Position numbers and translations under genes: made by a program. From the human T2T-CHM13v2.0 reference genome, Homo sapiens: a stretch of 64,000 bases of DNA. Positions 1 through 8,917 of the stretch are shown piece by piece. The first letter of the stretch is position 1. The number at the start of each line of letters is the position of its first letter. The notes under the pieces were generated by a model that saw only the letters and a program-made list of their open reading frames with translations, made no database searches and was not told the DNA's origin. The stretch is from NCBI RefSeq assembly GCF_009914755.1, contig NC_060947.1, one strand, 5' to 3'.

Positions 1-555
1 GAAGGAGTCGATGGGCCTCTTAGGCCGGAAACCTTACAAGCATAGGACCAAGGCAGAAAAGGTCCAGAGGGTTCATGGTCCTCCGTTCCACCTGAATCCA
101 GCTAGAGAGCGAGCCAGGGGGATAGGTGTGCCCCTCGTCGCCCGTGCGCTGAGGCACTGTCACGCAAAGAGACATTCACCTTCCACGTCAACGCACCTTT
201 AAGGGCGAGAGCGGTCCGCCGTGCCCAAGAGGAACGGGATGACATTCAACTGGGACTTGCCTCACCTTGGCTTGGGGGACCTCGAGAGCGGTCCCGTGGG
301 GGCGGTGTTACTCGTGGTGGTAGAAGTGGAGGGCGTGTCCGGGTACTTGAGTTCATGGGCATCTCTCCCGCCGCCTCTCAGCCTATCTGCACCATGTCTC
401 ACACGTTCAGTTGCAGCTCTTACCGTTTTGAAGGCGCACGTGGGCAAGAAGTCCTGGGCAGCACAAGAAAGTCAATCACGTTGAGACAGAGAGAGCAGGA
501 GAGGAAGTGGGCCCCAGTAGAAGTGGGCGAGAGAGCGTTGGGTGGGAACGTGGCA

Positions 556-578
556 CGAGAGAGAGAAATTATGAGATT

Positions 579-611
<33 letters not shown>

Positions 612-647
612 AGAGAGAGAGAAAGAGAAAGAGACAGAGAAAAGAAA
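556..647 (+). repeat. Compound (GA)n / GAAAGA polypurine microsatellite ([CT]n on minus strand); one per monomer, variable length
   Basis: Pure (GA)13 at 579-604 followed by AAGAGAAAGAGAGAGAGAAAGAGAAAGAGACAGAGAAAAGAAA; the length varies among monomers. Confidence 0.95.
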
Positions 648-1270
648 CTATGTTGTTTAAAATGCCAGCGGAAAGTCCATGGGGGTGAAAGAGTCCGGCA
701 ATGGCCAGGGAGTTAGCAGCTTGGCGTAGTGTCTTCCCACTGTTTTGTCTGTCTTGAGAATAGCATTCAACGCGACTGTGTTCCCGCAGCAGACGTTAGG
801 CCGCTGCCCACGCCTTGAGTGCCGGACGAGGTCAACATAGGCTTTCCGTCACAGAATATGTTTGGGCAGGAAGATCGGAACACTTGGGGCTGGGCCATCT
901 ACCGCTCCCCCACGGCACACACGAGTCGTCAGGGAAATGCCCGCCTCTGTGTGTGTTGTACGTGCAGCCTTCTGGGCAGAGCCGTGGAGAGTTGGACGTA
1001 GGCCAGGTGTGAGGAGGAGAGGTGTGTTTGGGGTGGCCACTGGCTCCCTTCCTGCGTGACGTAGGCTGGCGTGGGCTCTTCCCCCAGCCCCTTGCCGGTG
1101 CTGCCACGTGAGAAGGGCCCGGGTGCCGGTCCCGCTATTCCGGAATTGTGGGTTCACCTGAAGTTTGAGGCCAAACCCCCAGCGGTCAGTGGGACGCCAG
1201 TCGCCTTTGACCTCTTGGTCAAGCTGGCCTTGCCGTGACCCGTGAGAATGCCCAAGTGCCAATGTGTCCC

Positions 1271-1292
1271 GGGGGGCAGGGCCGGGGCTGGG
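1271..1292 (+). other. Canonical G-quadruplex motif GGGGGG-CA-GGG-CC-GGGG-CT-GGG (every monomer)
   Basis: Four G-runs of at least 3 with 2-nt loops; unchanged in all copies read. Folding is not demonstrated. Confidence 0.6.
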
Positions 1293-1526
1293 ATCCTAGT
1301 GTGTGCCCAGTCTCCTTCTCGTCCCTGCGGGTTCCACCATCCTCCCATCCTAACGCATCGTTAGGGATGCGGTTAGGTCGGGTCCATCCCCAGGGCGGTC
1401 CAAGGGGACCGCTTTCTGGTTTGTCAGGAAGGCAGGCTAGTAAGAAGGGTCCCGCCGAGTCCCATCTGCCAAGGACAGGGTCCCGCAGGTGGGCCAGGGC
1501 TGGCCCAAAGCGGCCGAGATGCTGAT

Positions 1527-1536
1527 CCGCCATGTG
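1527..1536 (+). promoter_or_regulatory. Candidate YY1 site CCGCCATGTG (every monomer)
   Basis: Matches the YY1 consensus CCGCCATNTT except at the last base. YY1 association with DXZ4 has been reported; that this is the bound site is inference. Confidence 0.35.
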
Positions 1537-2222
1537 CGGGGCGCTGTTGGCGTTTTTTCCTCAGCAAAGGGCGGAGGGAGTGGACGTGGGGGAAGGGCAG
1601 GTGGGCATTTCTGGAGCAATACTGCCATCAAGAGGAACTGGCTTGGCAATCCCGCGCACCCTTCGCTGTGCTCGCCTGGGGAGGAGTGGCTTGGGACTGT
1701 CCTGGGGGACCAGGCAGGACTAGGGCAGGTGCTCGGGACGGATCCGAGGTCTCTGGAGGTCCGAGAGAAGCAGGCTCCGCCGCGGGGTCGGGCGGTGGAA
1801 GCCCCAGAGAGAGGCGCCAGGACTAGCTGGACAGCCAGGACGCCGGGCCGTTCCCGGACAGGAAGCCATGGCTCGGGAGCCTGGTGGCGGCCATGATCTG
1901 GGCGGGACCAGCGGAGGCCTCCGCCAGGGAGCCTGGGCTCGGGGCCTTGGGCAGTTTGCCTGGTGCCCCTTCCCGTGGGAGCAACCGGGGTGACGGCCTA
2001 GCTGGGTCCTCGGCCCGGGAGGCTCCGTCGGCCACACTGCACGCCTGCGGTGTGAGGAGGGCCGACTGCCAGTGCTGAGTTCCGTGGCCATTGGCGCCGG
2101 TGCCCGCCGCTGCTGGCCGGCGCCGGGGCATTCCTCCTTGCGTCCTAGGGAGGAAGGTGGGCCGCGGGGCATCCCGCGGGGCCCGTACCCAGACGGTTCT
2201 TGACGAGGTGGACGCAAGGCCA

Positions 2223-2251
2223 GGCCCGGCCCGGCCCGGCCCGGCCCGGCC
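2223..2251 (+). repeat. (GGCCC)5 pentanucleotide repeat ([GGGCC]n on minus strand); one per monomer, 4 or 5 copies
   Basis: Five copies in most monomers; four in monomers 3, 6, 7, 12, 15 and 16. Confidence 0.95.
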
Positions 2252-2905
2252 ACCCTCAGACGCCGCGCACCCGCCTTGTTGAGACTTGCCACCCTGTCTT
2301 GTTGTGTCCATGTCCCCGAGGTTGTCTTGGAGGCGGGCCGTTCCCCGTGGTGCTCATTTCTGCCTGGGGGCCTTCCGGGGACCCCGCTTGTCTTTGGGGG
2401 TGCGCAGGCCGTTGCCCTGCGATCAGAGGCGCACCGACCGATGAGTTCGGTGGCAAAGCTTGAGAAATGGAGACTCTCTGGGCATCGGCTAAGGGGGCCC
2501 GGGGCCTTCCCAGGCCTGCTGGAGTCCGGGAAGCCGGGGGCACCCAGAAGGAAGGACCCGTCGGACTCTGCCTGGGGACAGCCTGCTCTGCGCCAGAAGG
2601 GTCCGCTGCTCAGGCAGCATCCCCGTGCCTCTCCTCCAGTGGGTCCCTCAGGTAGAATCGGGGCAGGCCCCACTGGACGTGCAGGGAGGAGGCTCGGAGG
2701 ATGCATCCTTTGCAGGACCCGGTCTGGTACAGCAGCAGACGGAGCCATCTCCCGGGGCTTTCTGGCTTCTCCGAGGGTGTTCAGGAGTCTCCCAAGTGCG
2801 CAGGGGCTCGTGCCCAAAGGGTGGAGGTCGGCACCGCTTCGCTCAATTCAGGAGTGGAGAAGGAAGCTAGAGGACCCTCTGGAGGTGGCAGGTTTAATGT
2901 CCTGC

Positions 2906-2909
2906 TTTT

Positions 2910-2948
<39 letters not shown>

Positions 2949-2952
2949 TTTT
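2906..2952 (+). repeat. (TTTA)n tetranucleotide microsatellite ([TAAA]n on minus strand); one per monomer, 6-13 copies
   Basis: (TTTA)10 here; 13 in monomer 4, 6 in monomer 13. Confidence 0.95.
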
Positions 2953-2973
2953 GTAATCAACTGAAAGAAGGCA

Positions 2974-3548
2974 GAAGGAGTCGATGGGCCTCTTAGGCCG
3001 GAAACCTTACAAGCATAGGACCAAGGCAGAAAAGGTCCAGAGGGTTCATGGTCCTCCGTTCCACCTGAATCCAGCTAGAGAGCGAGCCAGGGGGATAGGT
3101 GTGCCCCTCGTCGCCCGTGCGCTGAGGCACTGTCACGCAAAGAGACATTCACCTTCCACGTCAACGCACCTTTAAGGGCGAGAGCGGTCCGCCGTGCCCA
3201 AGAGGAACGGGATGACATTCAACTGGGACTTGCCTCACCTTGGCTTGGGGGACCTCGAGAGCAGTCCCGTGGGGGCGGTGTTACTCGTGGTGGTAGAAGT
3301 GGAGGGCGTGTCCGGGTACTTGAGTTCATGGGCATCTCTCCCGCCGCCTCTCAGCCTATCTGCACCATGTCTCACACGTTCAGTTGCAGCTCTTACCGTT
3401 TTGAAGGCGCACGTGGGCAAGAAGTCCTGGGCAGCACAAGAAAGTCAATCACGTTGAGACAGAGAGAGCAGGAGAGGAAGTGGGCCCCAGCAGAAGTGGG
3501 CGAGAGAGCGTTGGGTGGGAACGTGGCACGAGAGAGAGAAATTATGAG

Positions 3549-3592
<44 letters not shown>

Positions 3593-5889
3593 AGAGAGAG
3601 AGAAAGAGAAAGAGACAGAGAAAAGAAACTATGTTGTTTAAAATGCCAGCGGAAAGTCCATGGGGGTGAAAGAGTCCGGCAATGGCCAGGGAGTTAGCAG
3701 CTTGGCGTAGTGTCTTCCCACTGTTTTGTCTGTCTTGAGAATAGCATTCAACGCGACTGTGTTCCCGCAGCAGACGTTAGGCCGCTGCCCACGCCTTGAG
3801 TGCCGGACGAGGTCAACATAGGCTTTCCGTCACAGAATATGTTTGGGCAGGAAGATCGGAACACTTGGGGCTGGGCCATCTACCGCTCCCCCACGGCACA
3901 CACGAGTCGTCAGGGAAATGCCCGCCTCTGTGTGTGTTGTACGTGCAGCCTTCTGGGCAGAGCCGTGGAGAGTTGGACGTAGGCCAGGTGTGAGGAGGAG
4001 AGGTGTGTTTGGGGTGGCCACTGGCTCCCTTCCTGCGTGACGTAGGCTGGCGTGGGCTCTTCCCCCAGCCCCTTGCCGGTGCTGCCACGTGAGAAGGGCC
4101 CGGGTGCCGGTCCCGCTATTCCGGAATTGTGGGTTCACCTGAAGTTTGAGGCCAAACCCCCAGCGGTCAGTGGGACGCCAGTCGCCTTTGACCTCTTGGT
4201 CAAGCTGGCCTTGCCGTGACCCGTGAGAATGCCCAAGTGCCAATGTGTCCCGGGGGGCAGGGCCGGGGCTGGGATCCTAGTGTGTGCCCAGTCTCCTTCT
4301 CGTCCCTGCGGGTTCCACCATCCTCCCATCCTAACGCATCGTTAGGGATGCGGTTAGGTCGGGTCCATCCCCAGGGCGGTCCAAGGGGACCGCTTTCTGG
4401 TTTGTCAGGAAGGCAGGCTAGTAAGAAGGGTCCCGCCGAGTCCCATCTGCCAAGGACAGGGTCCCGCAGGTGGGCCAGGGCTGGCCCAAAGCGGCCGAGA
4501 TGCTGATCCGCCATGTGCGGGGCGCTGTTGGCGTTTTTTCCTCAGCAAAGGGCGGAGGGAGTGGACGTGGGGGAAGGGCAGGTGGGCATTTCTGGAGCAA
4601 TACTGCCATCAAGGGGAACTGGCTTGGCAATCCCGCGCACCCTTCGCTGTGCTCGCCTGGGGAGGAGTGGTTTGGGACTGTCCTGGGGGACCAGGCAGGA
4701 CTAGGGCAGGTGCTCGGACGGATCCGAGGTCTCTGGAGGTCCGAGAGAAGCAGGCTCCGCCGCGGGGTCGGGCGGTGGAAGCCCCAGAGAGAGGCGCCAG
4801 GACTAGCTGGACAGCCAGGACGCCGGGCCGTTCCCGGACAGGAAGCCACGGCTCGGGAGCCTGGTGGCGGCCATGATCTGGGCGGGACCAGCGGAGGCCT
4901 CCGCCAGGGCGCCTGGGCTCGGGGCCTTGGGCAGTTTGCCTGGTGCCCCTTCCCGTGGGAGCAACCGGGGTGACGGCCTAGCTGGGTCCTCGGCCCGGGA
5001 GGCTCCGTCGGCCACACTGCACGCCTGCGGTGTGAGGAGGGCCGACTGCCAGTGCTGAGTTCCGTGGCCATTGGCGCGGGTGCCCGCCGCTGCTGGCCGG
5101 CGCCGGGGCGTTCCTCCTTGCGTCCTAGGGAGGAAGGTGGGCCGCGGGGCATCCCGCGGGGCCCGTACCCAGACGGTTCTTGACGAGGTGGACGCAAGGC
5201 CAGGCCCGGCCCGGCCCGGCCCGGCCCGGCCACCCTCAGACGCCGCGCACCCGCCTTGTTGAGACTTGCCACCCTGTCTTGTTGTGTCCATGTCCCCGAG
5301 GTTGTCTTGGAGGCGGGCCGTTCCCCGTGGTGCTCATTTCTGCCTGGGGGCCTTCCGGGGACCCCGCTTGTCTTTGGGGGTGCGCAGGCCCTTGCCCTGC
5401 GATCAGAGGCGCACCGACCGATGAGTTCGGTGGCAAAGCTTGAGAAATGGAGACTCTCTGGGCATCGGCTAAGGGGGCCCGGGGCCTTCCCAGGCCTGCT
5501 GGAGTCCGGGAAGCCGGGGGCACCCAGAAGGAAGGACCCGTCGGACTCTGCCTGGGGACAGCCTGCTCCGCGCCAGAAGGGTCCGCTGCTCAGGCAGCAT
5601 CCCCGTGCCTCTCCTCCAGTGGGTCCCTCAGGTAGAATCGGGGCAGGCCCCACTGGACGTGCAGGGAGGAGGCTCGGAGGATGCATCCTTTGCAGGACCC
5701 GGTCTGGTACAGCAGCAGACGGAGCCATCTCCCGGGGCTTTCTGGCTTCTCCGAGGGTGTTCAGGAGTCTCCCAAGTGCACAGGGGCTCGTGCCCAAAGG
5801 GTGGAGGTCGGCACCGCTTCGCTCAATTCAGGAGTGGAGAAGGAAGCTAGAGGACCCTCTGGAGGTGGCAGGTTTAATGTCCTGCTTTT

Positions 5890-5928
<39 letters not shown>

Positions 5929-5953
5929 TTTTGTAATCAACTGAAAGAAGGCA
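2974..5953 (+). repeat. Monomer 2 (2980 bp)
   Basis: gagcAgt (3263), cagCag, ggTtt, cagggCgcc (4910, shared only with monomer 11). Confidence 0.95.
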
Positions 5954-6531
5954 GAAGGAGTCGATGGGCCTCTTAGGCCGGAAACCTTACAAGCATAGGA
6001 CCAAGGCAGAAAAGGTCCAGAGGGTTCATGGTCCTCCGTTCCACCTGAATCCAGCTAGAGAGCGAGCCAGGGGGATAGGTGTGCCCCTCGTCGCCCGTGC
6101 GCTGAGGCACTGTCACGCAAAGAGACATTCACCTTCCACGTCAACGCACCTTTAAGGGCGAGAGCGGTCCGCCGTGCCCAAGAGGAACGGGATGACATTC
6201 AACTGGGACTTGCCTCACCTTGGCTTGGGGGACCTCGAGAGCGGTCCCGTGGGGGCGGTGTTACTCGTGGTGGTAGAAGTGGAGGGCGTGTCCGGGTACT
6301 TGAGTTCATGGGCATCTCTCCCGCCGCCTCTCAGCCTATCTGCACCATGTCTCACACGTTCAGTTGCAGCTCTTACCGTTTTGAAGGCGCACGTGGGCAA
6401 GAAGTCCTGGGCAGCACAAGAAAGTCAATCACGTTGAGACAGAGAGAGCAGGAGAGGAAGTGGGCCCCAGTAGAAGTGGGCGAGAGAGCGTTGGGTGGGA
6501 ACGTGGCACGAGAGAGAGAAATTATGAGATT

Positions 6532-6564
<33 letters not shown>

Positions 6565-8857
6565 AGAGAGAGAGAAAGAGAAAGAGACAGAGAAAAGAAA
6601 CTATGTTGTTTAAAATGCCAGCGGAAAGTCCATGGGGGTGAAAGAGTCCGGCAATGGCCAGGGAGTTAGCAGCTTGGCGTAGTGTCTTCCCACTGTTTTG
6701 TCTGTCTTGAGAATAGCATTCAACGCGACTGTGTTCCCGCAGCAGACGTTAGGCCGCTGCCCACGCCTTGAGTGCCGGACGAGGTCAACATAGGCTTTCC
6801 GTCACAGAATATGTTTGGGCAGGAAGATCGGAACACTTGGGGCTGGGCCATCTACCGCTCCCCCACGGCACACACGAGTCGTCAGGGAAATGCCCGCCTC
6901 TGTGTGTGTTGTACGTGCAGCCTTCTGGGCAGAGCCGTGGAGAGTTGGACGTAGGCCAGGTGTGAGGAGGAGAGGTGTGTTTGGGGTGGCCACTGGCTCC
7001 CTTCCTGCGTGACGTAGGCTGGCGTGGGCTCTTCCCCCAGCCCCTTGCCGGTGCTGCCACGTGAGAAGGGCCCGGGTGCCGGTCCCGCTATTCCGGAATT
7101 GTGGGTTCACCTGAAGTTTGAGGCCAAACCCCCAGCGGTCAGTGGGACGCCAGTCGCCTTTGACCTCTTGGTCAAGCTGGCCTTGCCGTGACCCGTGAGA
7201 ATGCCCAAGTGCCAATGTGTCCCGGGGGGCAGGGCCGGGGCTGGGATCCTAGTGTGTGCCCAGTCTCCTTCTCGTCCCTGCGGGTTCCACCATCCTCCCA
7301 TCCTAACGCATCGTTAGGGATGCGGTTAGGTCGGGTCCATCCCCAGGGCGGTCCAAGGGGACCGCTTTCTGGTTTGTCAGGAAGGCAGGCTAGTAAGAAG
7401 GGTCCCGCCGAGTCCCATCTGCCAAGGACAGGGTCCCGCAGGTGGGCCAGGGCTGGCCCAAAGCGGCCGAGATGCTGATCCGCCATGTGCGGGGCGCTGT
7501 TGGCGTTTTTTCCTCAGCAAAGGGCGGAGGGAGTGGACGTGGGGGAAGGGCAGGTGGGCATTTCTGGAGCAATACTGCCATCAAGAGGAACTGGCTTGGC
7601 AATCCCGCGCACCCTTCGCTGTGCTCGCCTGGGGAGGAGTGGCTTGGGACTGTCCTGGGGGACCAGGCAGGACTAGGGCAGGTGCTCGGGACGGATCCGA
7701 GGTCTCTGGAGGTCCGAGAGAAGCAGGCTCCGCCGCGGGGTCGGGCGGTGGAAGCCCCAGAGAGAGGCGCCAGGACTAGCTGGACAGCCAGGACGCCGGG
7801 CCGTTCCCGGACAGGAAGCCATGGCTCGGGAGCCTGGTGGCGGCCATGATCTGGGCGGGACCAGCGGAGGCCTCCGCCAGGGAGCCTGGGCTCGGGGCCT
7901 TGGGCAGTTTGCCTGGTGCCCCTTCCCGTGGGAGCAACCGGGGTGACGGCCTAGCTGGGTCCTCGGCCCGGGAGGCTCCGTCGGCCACACTGCACGCCTG
8001 CGGTGTGAGGAGGGCCGACTGCCAGTGCTGAGTTCCGTGGCCATTGGCGCCGGTGCCCGCCGCTGCTGGCCGGCGCCGGGGCGTTCCTCCTTGCGTCCTA
8101 GGGAGGAAGGTGGGCCGCGGGGCATCCCGCGGGGCCCGTACCCAGACGGTTCTTGACGAGGTGGACGCAAGGCCAGGCCCGGCCCGGCCCGGCCCGGCCA
8201 CCCTCAGACGCCGCGCACCCGCCTTGTTGAGACTTGCCACCCTGTCTTGTTGTGTCCATGTCCCCGAGGTTGTCTTGGAGGCGGGCCGTTCCCCGTGGTG
8301 CTCATTTCTGCCTGGGGGCCTTCCGGGGACCCCGCTTGTCTTTGGGGGTGCGCAGGCCCTTGCCCTGCGATCAGAGGCGCACCGACCGATGAGTTCGGTG
8401 GCAAAGCTTGAGAAATGGAGACTCTCTGGGCATCGGCTAAGGGGGCCCGGGGCCTTCCCAGGCCTGCTGGAGTCCGGGAAGCCGGGGGCACCCAGAAGGA
8501 AGGACCCGTCGGACTCTGCCTGGGGACAGCCTGCTCCGCGCCAGAAGGGTCCGCTGCTCAGGCAGCATCCCCGTGCCTCTCCTCCAGTGGGTCCCTCAGG
8601 TAGAATCGGGGCAGGCCCCACTGGACGTGCAGGGAGGAGGCTCGGAGGATGCATCCTTTGCAGGACCCGGTCTGGTACAGCAGCAGACGGAGCCATCTCC
8701 CGGGGCTTTCTGGCTTCTCCGAGGGTGTTCAGGAGTCTCCCAAGTGCGCAGGGGCTCGTGCCCAAAGGGTGGAGGTCGGCACCGCTTCGCTCAATTCAGG
8801 AGTGGAGAAGGAAGCTAGAGGACCCTCTGGAGGTGGCAGGTTTAATGTCCTGCTTTT

Positions 8858-8892
<35 letters not shown>

Positions 8893-8917
8893 TTTTGTAA
8901 TCAACTGAAAGAAGGCA
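5954..8917 (+). repeat. Monomer 3 (2964 bp)
   Basis: aagAgg, ctcGGGa, (GGCCC)4, (TTTA)9; twin of monomer 12. Confidence 0.95.

Larger units (their letters stand above)
1480..2620. promoter_or_regulatory. CpG-island-like GC-rich segment of the monomer (repeated in each unit)
   Basis: Seen: dense CpG, CCGG, GCGC and CCGCGG sites. Knowledge: DXZ4 is CpG-methylated on the active X and hypomethylated and CTCF-bound on the inactive X. Boundaries are estimated by eye. Confidence 0.6.
1..2973 (+). repeat. Monomer 1 (2973 bp)
   Basis: Haplotype aagAgg, ctcGGGa, ccaTgg, ggcAtt, (GGCCC)5, ccGtt, ctcTgc, tgcGca, (TTTA)10. Confidence 0.95.

Noticed and set aside
11-202. 63-aa ATG ORF identical in all 22 monomers
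   Set aside because: Identity follows from more than 99% monomer identity and is not evidence of coding constraint. No recognisable family; ribosome profiling or proteomics would be needed.
355-716. ORFs with RE/KE dipeptide runs resembling coiled-coil or splicing-factor proteins
   Set aside because: These are translations of the (GA)n tract. Frame and stop position vary among monomers, with a premature stop in gagatAG copies.
1361-1377. Interstitial telomeric repeat
   Set aside because: Only one perfect TTAGGG plus partial words, which is not an array.
1395-1422. Rho-independent terminator-like hairpin plus T-run
   Set aside because: The context is mammalian and the T-run is short and interrupted. 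It is kept only as a structural observation.
2276-2956. 222-298-aa plus-strand ORFs ending in FIYLFIYL (apparent transmembrane tail)
   Set aside because: The hydrophobic tail is simply the translated (TTTA)n microsatellite, and the C-terminus changes with repeat length. Non-ATG start and no homology recognised.
2906-2990. (TAAA)n as the poly(A) tail of an Alu or L1 insertion
   Set aside because: The adjacent sequence does not resemble Alu or L1 3' ends, and no target-site duplication is visible.
4418-5797. 459-aa minus-strand ORF, with 365-, 329-, 259- and 165-aa versions in other monomers
   Set aside because: Starts at TTG, has low-complexity P/G/R/A composition and no recognisable domain. 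The frame is freely broken by the 1-bp G indel and the 5-bp GGCCC indel between copies. Long ORFs are expected in stop-poor GC-rich DNA.
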